Positions 1 through 8,344 of a DNA stretch of 24,689 nucleotides are shown in pieces. Position numbers and translations under genes: made by a program. The stretch is taken from the IMG/VR virus record IMGVR_UViG_3300048855_000192, positions 1 through 24,689 of that record; one strand, given 5' to 3'. Every line of letters starts with the position of its first letter. The first letter of the stretch is position 1. Origin of the DNA: a virus (Duplodnaviria; Caudoviricetes). The notes beneath the pieces are model-generated. The model was not told the DNA's origin. It did no database searches and saw only the letters and a program-made list of their open reading frames with translations.

Positions 1-3000
1 CTCTTCTTTGTTCGACGTGATCTCAGCCATCGTGGCGCCGGTGATCGCGCGCACTAACGTGTTTCCCAGCGCGTTGATGTCTTGGCCGCCGCCGGACGTC
101 CTCGCGTTGTCGTTAGGAGCGCGGAAGCCTGGCATCGGCGCCGTTTGCGGCAGGCGCAGGTTGCGGTTGATGTAATCGACCGTAGCTTCGCCGCCGATCG
201 CTGAGGTAGCGTCGCGCGTGAGGATGCCCTCTTGCCCGGCCAGCGCGATCGTGCCGCCGCTGGCGTAGCGCGCAAGCACGCTGTCAACGCCGGGGATGCC
301 ATTGCCGACCACGCCGCCCGAGGCATAGCCCGGGACGACGCCTCCGTTCTGGAAACCTAGCCAGGACCACAGTGTGCCGCCGCTAGACTGCCCGGCGGAG
401 CGGCTCAGGCTAATCAGCCATGCGATCTGTTGCTGAAACTGCCCCGTATGTGTATTGCCAATGGCCGTGGTGATGTTACCCAAGCCGTTAATCGCATTGA
501 CGAAGCGATCGGCCAAACCGTTGATCGCGCTCAACAGGCTTACCTGCGTCTCCAGATAGGTCGTCTGCTGAGAAGCCAGCGCCGTTTGCGACGCGATCAT
601 GGCGCTTTGCGCAGCGGTCAGGTTATCGTTCGACGCGCCCGTGGTGTTCACGGCGCCAGTGGTGCCGTTGATGGCCGCGGTCGTTGCCTGAGCTGCTGCG
701 ATTAAAGCTTGGGTAGCCGCGTTGGCGACTGTGCCAGGGCTGATCCCGGTCAACCCTTGCAGCGCAGCGGTCACCTGATTGTAAACGTCGGTATAACCAG
801 ACGACGACGCATAGAACGACTTGGCCTGATCAAGCAGAGTCTGGGCTACTTGGGTTATGCTGCCCAGAGCATCGCGATTGCCGCCCTGTGCCAACGCAAA
901 CTGAGTGCTAAAATTCGATTGCGCGGCCGCGAGCTGGGCCTGCGGTGACAGCGTCGAACTTGCGCCCGTCTTTAGGCCCTGTAGATAGTCCGAAATTGTC
1001 TTCGAGATGCCCTTGACGTAGGAGACTAGGTCATCAGCCGCCTTCTTCGCTGCGTCCGCAGCAGCTTGAACCGCCTCGGCGGCCGCGTCGTTGAACTTCT
1101 TGTATATGTTGTAGCGCTCTGCCTCCTGCGCCGCGACCAAGTCGTTAATGGCCTGCCCGCCGGCCATCACCTCAGCCGCGCGCTCCTGCGCTGCCTTGTA
1201 TTCGAAGGACGCCAGCGCACCGCCCAAGGTGGACGTGTCCGTCGTCGCTGCCTCAAGGCGATCCCGATAGGTCTGGATCCGCTTGATCGATGCATCCAGC
1301 GCCTCCTGCTCCGCCTTCGCCTTCGCATCGGCGGCAGCCTTTTCTGCCGCGGCTGCATCGGCGGCGAACTTGTCGACGATCGCCTGCCGCTCGGCTGACA
1401 GCGCGCGCTCCAGTTCTGCGATGGCGCGATTACCTGATGCGGCCTCCTGCTGGCGCTGGCTGTTGGCCTGGACGTCGAAGGCGAGCAAGGCGCCGGACTG
1501 AGTTTGGGTATCGACACCCGCGAGCTGCGCTCGCTCGGCATAACTGATCATCCGCTCCATTGCGGCCTTGGCGTCTTTCTCTTCCTGCTCACGTTTCTTG
1601 GAGTTTCCGCCGAACCATCCGGAGACGAGCGAGCCGATTCCCTTGATCCCGGCACTGACGAAGTTGCCACTGAAGAGATCATCTACCGCCGAATTTGCCA
1701 GCTTTGTCGACAGGTTCGAGGCGGCATTGCCGAGCGAATCCATCATTGACTTGCCAGACATCAGCCCGGAAACGAGATCTTTGGTAAAGCCGTTTGCCGT
1801 GTCCTTAGCCTCACCCAGCAGGGAGTTCATCTTGATCTGCTTGGCCAGGGCGTCATCCATATGGGACTGCCACTCGGGTCCGTAGATGTTGTGCATCACG
1901 TTCGCGGCGGCTTGGTCCGCAGGGGACATAAAAAGCGTCTGACTGGTGAAGTTGGCTTGCGATTGAGCTCGAGCCAGGGCCAGAGATCGACCCGCATCGC
2001 CAGCGGCCTTCGCCTGCTTCTCGATCTCTGCCGTAAGCGTAGCCGTCATCTCGCGGTCGGACATCTGCGCTGCGGTCTTCAGCTGCAGCCGGGCACGATA
2101 TTCCTCTACCGCGCCTGCGCCGAGGCCTACGGCCAGCGTGTCGGCCTGCATGCGCGCGGTATGTTTGGTGATGCTCTCCAGCGCGCGATCGTAAGCGTCG
2201 GCCTGTTCCTCCGTAGCGGTCTTGCTGGTCTTAATCTCCTTCGAGGTGTCACCCAGCGTTTTTTGCGCGATCGTGTTGGCCTCGGCAACCTTGCGCTGCT
2301 GCTCCGCTTGGTCCTGCAGGCCGGCGCGCAACTTGTTGACGGCGATCGAGTAAGCGTCCGTTCCCTTTGCCATTTCAGCCGGGTCGCTGGTGATCCCGCC
2401 AGACACCTCAGCCGCCTTGCGGCTTTCGGGCGTCGTGGTGGCATCAATGATCCACTGGCTTCCTTCGTTAATTTTTTTTGCAAACCATGCAGGCACGTCG
2501 CCGAGCTTAGCAACCAGCTTCGCGGCCCAGTCGAAACCTTGAGCTATGGTCTCGACGGTGGACACCCAGTTAGACTGAAATTCGATGCCGGCCTGGGTGA
2601 GGAGCGTCTGGACAGGGTGCCAGCGGGTTTCGAGCAGCTTTACTGCCGCGTCATAGCGGCTCTGCAGCTCGACCGCGCGGCCGATGTCTTCCGGCGAAAC
2701 CAGCGTCTTCTCGGCCACCTTGTCCGCGGCCGCTTTGATCTTGTCGAGGTACTCCGAATCCTTGCGCAGGTTCTCGGCCACCTCCGGACCGAAGGCGGTA
2801 CCGGCGATGTCTAGCGCGGCTAGCCGCTGACCAGCCATCATTGCCTGATTGATCAGCGATACGATTGCCTCAAAGCGCTGCTGCGTCGTGTTCGCTTGTG
2901 CAAAATCCTGGACGCCTGAATTGCCGCCGAAATTGCCGGCCTTGACGGATGCGGCAAGGCGGCTTTCCAGCGCGCTGCCGCCCAGCTGGTCGGCCGAACT

Positions 3001-3855
3001 CTTTTGCAGGTTCGTCAGCGCCGTCGTCAGCGCATCGACCGGGACCTTGGCGTCTTCCGCTCCCTTGATCAACTTCTGAAAATAGGTGGTCGACAGGTCA
3101 ACTTTGGCGGCACTCTCTGCGATGCCGCGATAACGCTCCAGTTCCTCTCCACCGAGGCGCCACGCGTCGGCCAGCAGGCCAGCCGCATTGACGACCACGC
3201 CGACAGCACCGAGCAGCCGCAGCGCGGGCAGCAGTCGACCAAGGATAGTCGACGCGACGCCGGTGAGAGATGGATTGAAGGCTTGCATGGCCAGACCCGC
3301 CGACGTGACGGCGCCTGCGACCGGCGTGAGCGAAGCGCTCGCCAGTGCTGCTGATGCGCCAAGCCGCACGAGGCCGGAACCCGCCAGATTTGTCGCCGTG
3401 ACCAGACCGCCGGCCACGGCCACCAAGGCCACGCCAGCGCCGCGCAGAGCCGGCGCAGCTAGTCCGTTGACCACCTCCCGGAAGGCCGGCGAGAACGCGT
3501 AAGCCGCCGTGCCGGCGGTGCGCAGATGGTTCGCCATTTCGGCCGCTTCAAGGCCAGCAACCGTGAAGCTGCGCGAGATATTGTCGTTCGCGACGACCTG
3601 CTGCTGCATCGACGAAGCCAGCGCGGCTCGGTCGCGCGCCATCTGCAAATAGGCTTGATTGGCGAGATCTATCGAGCGCTGCTGGTTGGCCAGCGCCTGC
3701 TCATAGGCGCCAGCCTGCCGCGCAGCACGCTCCGATGACGCGGCAACGCCGTCCTGAGCCTGGCCGAGCCGGGCAAGCTTCTGGGACGTCTCATCGACGC
3801 CGACGGTGCGGCTTTCGATGGTCAGCCGTCGGACGGTTTGCAGCGACGTGGCCAT
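1..3855 (-). CDS. Tail tape measure protein (at least 1285 aa, truncated by the left edge)
   Basis: Manual translation from ATG 3855 (MATSLQTVRRLTIESRTVGVDE...) stays open to base 1 (...MAEITSNKEE). Ala-rich helical composition, YASGG motifs near the end, and position right after the tail chaperones. Absent from the ORF track because it has no stop in the window. Confidence 0.92.
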   Translation of the reverse strand, partial: MATSLQTVRRLTIESRTVGVDETSQKLARLGQAQDGVAASSERAARQAGAYEQALANQQRSIDLANQAYLQMARDRAALASSMQQQVVANDNISRSFTVAGLEAAEMANHLRTAGTAAYAFSPAFREVVNGLAAPALRGAGVALVAVAGGLVTATNLAGSGLVRLGASAALASASLTPVAGAVTSAGLAMQAFNPSLTGVASTILGRLLPALRLLGAVGVVVNAAGLLADAWRLGGEELERYRGIAESAAKVDLSTTYFQKLIKGAEDAKVPVDALTTALTNLQKSSADQLGGSALESRLAASVKAGNFGGNSGVQDFAQANTTQQRFEAIVSLINQAMMAGQRLAALDIAGTAFGPEVAENLRKDSEYLDKIKAAADKVAEKTLVSPEDIGRAVELQSRYDAAVKLLETRWHPVQTLLTQAGIEFQSNWVSTVETIAQGFDWAAKLVAKLGDVPAWFAKKINEGSQWIIDATTTPESRKAAEVSGGITSDPAEMAKGTDAYSIAVNKLRAGLQDQAEQQRKVAEANTIAQKTLGDTSKEIKTSKTATEEQADAYDRALESITKHTARMQADTLAVGLGAGAVEEYRARLQLKTAAQMSDREMTATLTAEIEKQAKAAGDAGRSLALARAQSQANFTSQTLFMSPADQAAANVMHNIYGPEWQSHMDDALAKQIKMNSLLGEAKDTANGFTKDLVSGLMSGKSMMDSLGNAASNLSTKLANSAVDDLFSGNFVSAGIKGIGSLVSGWFGGNSKKREQEEKDAKAAMERMISYAERAQLAGVDTQTQSGALLAFDVQANSQRQQEAASGNRAIAELERALSAERQAIVDKFAADAAAAEKAAADAKAKAEQEALDASIKRIQTYRDRLEAATTDTSTLGGALASFEYKAAQERAAEVMAGGQAINDLVAAQEAERYNIYKKFNDAAAEAVQAAADAAKKAADDLVSYVKGISKTISDYLQGLKTGASSTLSPQAQLAAAQSNFSTQFALAQGGNRDALGSITQVAQTLLDQAKSFYASSSGYTDVYNQVTAALQGLTGISPGTVANAATQALIAAAQATTAAINGTTGAVNTTGASNDNLTAAQSAMIASQTALASQQTTYLETQVSLLSAINGLADRFVNAINGLGNITTAIGNTHTGQFQQQIAWLISLSRSAGQSSGGTLWSWLGFQNGGVVPGYASGGVVGNGIPGVDSVLARYASGGTIALAGQEGILTRDATSAIGGEATVDYINRNLRLPQTAPMPGFRAPNDNARTSGGGQDINALGNTLVRAITGATMAEITSNKEE

Positions 3856-3861
3856 GAATGG

Positions 3862-4203
3862 TCAGGCTTTCGGCTTGTCGGAGGGCTTTGAAGACGCGGT
3901 TTCTGTGAGGTAGGTGCTGTCCATTCGCCTGATCAGCACCACGAGACGGTCGAAACGCTCGTCCCGGTAACGATGTCGACGCCCGTAGGCGTCGATGGAG
4001 ACCCACATGATTGGCCCCTGACCGAACCCGACCTGACGGTCGCCGTTCAGATCCCAGAAAGCCTGCCAAGCCCATTGCAGATGCTCGGCAAGCTCGGGCC
4101 GGGTTGCCAGCGCGTTGAGATCGCGGCCCTGCTCATCCGACATATCCTCAAGCCACTGGAGCTTATCGCCCCACTTGAGATGCCAAAGCAGGACCTCGAT
4201 CAG
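3862..4203 (-). CDS. Tail assembly chaperone gpT portion (-1 frame, probably expressed as a ~250 aa G-T fusion)
   Basis: The -1 frame is open from the slippery site (LIEVLLWHLKWGDKLQWLEDMSDEQ...) to the stop at 3862; lies between the chaperone gene and the tape measure gene. Confidence 0.8.
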   Translation of the reverse strand: MIEVLLWHLKWGDKLQWLEDMSDEQGRDLNALATRPELAEHLQWAWQAFWDLNGDRQVGFGQGPIMWVSIDAYGRRHRYRDERFDRLVVLIRRMDSTYLTETASSKPSDKPKA

Positions 4204-4613
4204 TTTTTTGCGTCGCCCTCGTCGGCTTCCGCATCGTCTTCCGCGACGATGCTGCAGGCGAAGATCATCGCATCGCGAATCTTCTCGTAGTCTGGGTCCG
4301 TGAGGAACGTGTCGAGCATTTCGAGCGTGAACGGGACCGGCTGATCGTCATCGCCCACGATGCCGTCCCAGTCGGTGATCAGGCTTTCACGGATCCGCAC
4401 GTTCAAGATCGCGCGGTTCTCGTCGGCCGAAACGTTGCCGCGGAGCCGGCGGCGCTTCGGGATCTTCTCCAGCTCGCGCTCCTGGACTTTCTTGTCGTCC
4501 TTGTTGTTGAAACCACGCGCCTTGAACCGGACGCCCGGCATGTCGCGGATATCACCGACCCAGGCGCCCTGCTCGGCACGCGCGGAATTGACCTTCAGGT
4601 CCGAGAGCTTCAC
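4200..4613 (-). CDS. Tail assembly chaperone gpG
   Basis: 137 aa with a LITDWDGI motif; between tail tube and tape measure genes; ends in the slippery site. Confidence 0.85.
   Translation of the reverse strand: MKLSDLKVNSARAEQGAWVGDIRDMPGVRFKARGFNNKDDKKVQERELEKIPKRRRLRGNVSADENRAILNVRIRESLITDWDGIVGDDDQPVPFTLEMLDTFLTDPDYEKIRDAMIFACSIVAEDDAEADEGDAKN
4203..4209 (-). other. Programmed -1 frameshift slippery heptamer A AAA AAC
   Basis: GCA AAA AAC TGA at the end of the chaperone gene; XXXYYYZ pattern in the correct phase. Confidence 0.8.
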
Positions 4614-4816
4614 TTCGCATTCTCCTGTTTCAGTTCATTCTTGATATCGATCGCGCTTTCCGCCTGCCGCTCCGTGGCTTCCTTGGCGTGGCCCTTCTCG
4701 ATAATGAGCCGCTGGAAGTCGGCAGGAAGGCCGGTCACCACCTCGTCTTTGGCGAAGCGCCGGGCCTTCTTGCCATCGGGGTAGCCGGTAAAGCTCTCTT
4801 TGATTTTGACGGTCAT
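4610..4816 (-). CDS. Small hypothetical phage protein (68 aa)
   Basis: GGAGAG RBS; GTGA overlap with the next gene. Confidence 0.75.
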   Translation of the reverse strand: MTVKIKESFTGYPDGKKARRFAKDEVVTGLPADFQRLIIEKGHAKEATERQAESAIDIKNELKQENAK

Positions 4817-4827
4817 GTCGCTCTCCG

Positions 4828-5751
4828 TTAGGCAACCGCGCGGGTGATCTTGATGGTGCAGTCGTCGGCGTCGTTCAGCACGGCGCGATATGGGATCGAC
4901 ACCATGACATCGTCGTCATTGCCGCCGGGCCGGCGTTCGCCGTTGCCCAGAATGATCTTGCCAAGATCGAACTGATACTTCTCAGCCGTGTCGACGCCGA
5001 CGACGAACGAGAGCGCAGCGCTTCCGTGATCGAGCACGGCCTGATAAAGCGCGTTGGTCTCGAAATAGCACTCCATCGTCCCGGACACTTCGCAGCGGCC
5101 GTAACCGAAGCTGTCGGAGTATTCGGAACCAACCACGGGGCGCGTGCGGAGATTGTTGTTGATCTCCAGCGACAGACTTTTCACTTTCGGCGCCAGCGCG
5201 CCGACAGTCAGCGCAGCGACGTTAGCCGAGGCTGTCGACACCGGCGTATCGGTCGGATCGAGATAGGTCGCGCCAGTGATGATGGTGGTGGCCAGCAATT
5301 CTTTCTGGCCCATCAGGCTGAGCGAGCCGGTGATTGCAGCGCGTGAATTGATGGTCAGCGACATCGAATTGACCATGATGCCGGTGAAGCGGCTGAAGCT
5401 GTCCGTGGCGCCAAGCTCGAGGAACTCCTCGAACGTGTAGGATGCTGGCGTAACGCCGTTCTTGATGACGTCCGAGGCCCAGGCGCCGAACATCAGACCT
5501 TCGAGCAATTTGTCGAGCGTGCCGTAGGTCAGCTCGAAATCGTAGGCACCGGCGACATCTTTGCCGAGTAGGAACTCGTCGCGGACGTTCCGGTCCGACT
5601 GGATTTCCTTGGAGGTGTCGGTAGCCTTGTTCGTCCGAGGACCGCCGCCGGTCGCCCGAAAGGTGTCGAATGCAGGCGTCGCCGGGGTGACGCCGTAGGT
5701 GGCTTCCTTGATGTAGGCAATACGGCGGCTGCTGCCAGAACCGATGGTCAT
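4828..5751 (-). CDS. Major tail tube protein
   Basis: Beta-rich ~307 aa with EATYGVTP N-terminal motif; GGAG RBS 8 nt upstream of ATG 5751; synteny. Confidence 0.88.
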   Translation of the reverse strand: MTIGSGSSRRIAYIKEATYGVTPATPAFDTFRATGGGPRTNKATDTSKEIQSDRNVRDEFLLGKDVAGAYDFELTYGTLDKLLEGLMFGAWASDVIKNGVTPASYTFEEFLELGATDSFSRFTGIMVNSMSLTINSRAAITGSLSLMGQKELLATTIITGATYLDPTDTPVSTASANVAALTVGALAPKVKSLSLEINNNLRTRPVVGSEYSDSFGYGRCEVSGTMECYFETNALYQAVLDHGSAALSFVVGVDTAEKYQFDLGKIILGNGERRPGGNDDDVMVSIPYRAVLNDADDCTIKITRAVA

Positions 5752-5784
5752 GGTCAATTCTCCAAGGTGAGATGGTTGTGGCTG

Positions 5785-6192
5785 TTAGCCGATCAGGTCG
5801 TACTGGTAGGGCACGGCGACGCGGAGCTTGAAGGTTTGGCCGTCTTCGTTCTCGTCGCTGTAGATCGCGCTGTTCGGCGCGAATGTCTTAACGCCGGCAA
5901 AGGACTTGCCACGAAACAGAGCTGCCAGTTCGTCAATCCACGGCAGCCAAGCATCGGCGCCGGACTGGCGCTCTACGTGAAGGGTCAGCAGACAGCCGCC
6001 GGCCTCGCGCCAGATGTTGGATCCCGGCGCGCCGACGCTCTTCTGCTCGGCGGTCGAAACCGGAAACTGGACTTCGATAAAGGGCGTCTGAGGAACAGCC
6101 GATCCGACGTTCATGTCGCCCTGCACCGGGCAATTCGACCAGCCGTCGGCGAGGCGCGCGCGAAACGCGGCGACGACTGCAGAATGTGCCAT
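5785..6192 (-). CDS. Tail terminator/completion protein
   Basis: 135 aa immediately upstream of the tail tube; ends in a VAVPYQYD strand. Confidence 0.75.
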   Translation of the reverse strand: MAHSAVVAAFRARLADGWSNCPVQGDMNVGSAVPQTPFIEVQFPVSTAEQKSVGAPGSNIWREAGGCLLTLHVERQSGADAWLPWIDELAALFRGKSFAGVKTFAPNSAIYSDENEDGQTFKLRVAVPYQYDLIG

Positions 6193-6758
6193 CAGCCAAC
6201 CCTGATTGTGATCGTCGGCTTGCCATCGAGATACGCAAACTCGACGGCAGCGGCGGGGTATCGCGCCGCTGCCATGGCGGCGACGACCTGGTAGACACCG
6301 CTCGGTGCCTGCTTCGACTCCGGGGTGCCGTCCTCGCCCTCGATCTCGCCGGCGTAAGGGACAGCAGACATGAACTGGTAGACCTTGGCGGCTGGCGGCT
6401 GCTCTGGATCGGCGAGCGCGCCATCAGCATAAAATTCATGCGAGGCTGCATATCTGCCAGAGCGCACAGGGCTGACCAGCTTGAGCAGCGCCCAGATCCA
6501 GGCGAACAGGTCGAGCACCAAGTCGAAATCGAACACGATCGTGCCTTGCGGCTTGACCCGGTCGACCGCGGCGCCCTCGACGCCATCGACGGTCTGCAGG
6601 ACCGGCGGCGCGTGGCCGAGGGCTTCGGCGTTCACAGCCTGGACCTCAGCCAATTGATTCTCGGCAAACTCAGCGATCAGCGCGCTGGTCGCGGTCGCCG
6701 AGACGTCCTCGGCGAGGAAGGCCTGCAAGTCGAGCGGCTCAATCACCGTGCGGTGCAT
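6192..6758 (-). CDS. Neck protein (HK97 gp10-like)
   Basis: SPVRSGRY, VPYA and SKQAPSGVY motifs; TGATG coupling on both sides. Confidence 0.75.
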   Translation of the reverse strand: MHRTVIEPLDLQAFLAEDVSATATSALIAEFAENQLAEVQAVNAEALGHAPPVLQTVDGVEGAAVDRVKPQGTIVFDFDLVLDLFAWIWALLKLVSPVRSGRYAASHEFYADGALADPEQPPAAKVYQFMSAVPYAGEIEGEDGTPESKQAPSGVYQVVAAMAAARYPAAAVEFAYLDGKPTITIRVG

Positions 6759-7111
6759 CAGCCCTTGACCTTCATTTCAAGCCGCACCAGCACGCCGGAG
6801 GGGCGAAAGGGTTTCAGCACCTGCACATTGCAGGTCACGCCCTCGATGATGACCTTGTCACCCTTCTGAGGCTGTCCGGGCGCCCAAGACGCAAAGGACG
6901 TTGGCGACAGGATCACCATATGATCATCCTGTGTCAGCCCGGCGGTCAGTTCGTCCTCGTTGAGGGTCCGGACATGCGCGCGGATCGGCGTGCCAAGACC
7001 GAGCTTGGTGGCGGCCGGGCCGGTGCCAACAATGCGGTACATCTCGACGTCCTGACCCAGCTCAGCGAGCGCGAAGTCCAGCGTCGAGATACATTCTTCC
7101 GCGATATCCAT
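6758..7111 (-). CDS. Head closure / head-tail joining protein
   Basis: 117 aa from ATG 7111; PQKGDKVIIEG beta-barrel motif; synteny. Confidence 0.7.
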   Translation of the reverse strand: MDIAEECISTLDFALAELGQDVEMYRIVGTGPAATKLGLGTPIRAHVRTLNEDELTAGLTQDDHMVILSPTSFASWAPGQPQKGDKVIIEGVTCNVQVLKPFRPSGVLVRLEMKVKG

Positions 7112-7163
7112 CACGCGTTTCCGACAAAAGAGCGCGCAGGCCCCGTCTCGCTGCAGGCGGTGC

Positions 7164-7694
7164 TCATGGGTAGACCTGATACTGGGCCAACAGGCTATCC
7201 GACGCTTTCTGCATTGATGCCGCCGCGCCATCGGGCAGGCTATAATCCCAACGGCCGACACCATCGACCGTCTTGCTCTTCAATGAACCTTCGTCTGCAG
7301 GCACAGCATCACGCAATATGCCGGCCATCATGATGATGGCGTGCTTAATCGGAGCCGGCAGCGGCTTTGCCGGGGAGGCCCCGTAGCCAGCCCGCCAACG
7401 ATAGGCACGTGTCACGCCGTCGTCCGAAACTTCGTCGCTTACAACGTCGACGAAGGGAGGCAGCGGCAGGCGCGCCGTATCTACAATGCAACTCGCGGGC
7501 ACGGTAATCTCGAGGGTCTGAAGCCCGATGGCCCGACGGAGCGTGCCGTCGAGACCGTCGATGCGCGCCTGAGCAACAGCCAACAGCATGTTCACGTAAG
7601 AATCCGCCTCGTCTGCCGTGAATACCTTGGCGGCCCTGGCTTCGGCTGCGGTGACAACTGTTGCCGGGGCCTCGATCACTACGGGGATGTGCAT
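7164..7694 (-). CDS. Head-tail connector protein (gp6/gp15-like)
   Basis: RAIGLQT, RAGYG and LPAPIKHAIIM motifs. Confidence 0.82.
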   Translation of the reverse strand: MHIPVVIEAPATVVTAAEARAAKVFTADEADSYVNMLLAVAQARIDGLDGTLRRAIGLQTLEITVPASCIVDTARLPLPPFVDVVSDEVSDDGVTRAYRWRAGYGASPAKPLPAPIKHAIIMMAGILRDAVPADEGSLKSKTVDGVGRWDYSLPDGAAASMQKASDSLLAQYQVYP

Positions 7695-7728
7695 CAAGCG
7701 TGCTCTTTATCCAGAACGACGGGATAGA

Positions 7729-8067
7729 TCAGGCCGCGGCGATGGCCGTCGTCGGCAGTGACGTCACCGAGGAAGGCACGCCGCTGCTGGTCGCCGTGAC
7801 CGTGCAACTCATCGTGGCGCCCACGTCGTCAACGGACAGGACGCGCGTGGCGGCCGTGGCGCCGGAGATCGGCACCCCCGACCGATTCCACTGATAGGCG
7901 AACGTCGGAGACTTGCTCCAGGTGCCCGTCGAGCACGTCAGGGTCTGGCCCTGCGTCTTGGTGCCGGTGATCACCGGCAGCACAGAATTAATCGGCCGCT
8001 TGCCGGCAGCGTCAGCGGCGCGGCGGTAGGCGGCCTTGCCGCGATGCCTCTGAATGGATCCGCCCAT
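7729..8067 (-). CDS. Stand-alone Ig-like domain protein (possible virion decoration)
   Basis: PVITG..GQTLTCSTGTW..YQW..G.PISGAT..DVG..CTVTAT Ig-like pattern. Confidence 0.75.
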   Translation of the reverse strand: MGGSIQRHRGKAAYRRAADAAGKRPINSVLPVITGTKTQGQTLTCSTGTWSKSPTFAYQWNRSGVPISGATAATRVLSVDDVGATMSCTVTATSSGVPSSVTSLPTTAIAAA

Positions 8068-8068
8068 C

Positions 8069-8278
8069 TCAGGCGCCCTTCCGGGAGCCGCGGCGAGCAG
8101 CCTTGTTGAGCGGCGCCGAGGCCATCTTGTTCAGTGGCTCAGGCGCAGCCTTCTCGCTGACGAACGAGACGACACCGGTGCTTTCCAGCCGCTTGGCGTC
8201 ATCCTCGGGATATTCGACAATGCTGCCGATCGGCATGCCGTCCAGAGGGCGGAGCAGCTTCACTTTGGTAGCCATCAT
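8069..8278 (-). CDS. Small head-associated hypothetical protein
   Basis: AGGAG RBS; follows the capsid gene; basic C-terminal tail with a PLNK repeat. Confidence 0.75.
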   Translation of the reverse strand: MMATKVKLLRPLDGMPIGSIVEYPEDDAKRLESTGVVSFVSEKAAPEPLNKMASAPLNKAARRGSRKGA

Positions 8279-8309
8279 GCAGTCTCCTGCTGTTCAATGG
8301 TGGAGGCGG

Positions 8310-8335
8310 AAGCGGGAGGGCATGCCCTCCCGCTT
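8310..8335. repeat. Perfect 26-bp palindrome after the capsid stop codon (stability hairpin or weak terminator)
   Basis: AAGCGGGAGGGCA/TGCCCTCCCGCTT. Confidence 0.75.
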
Positions 8336-8344
8336 TGCTGTCGG

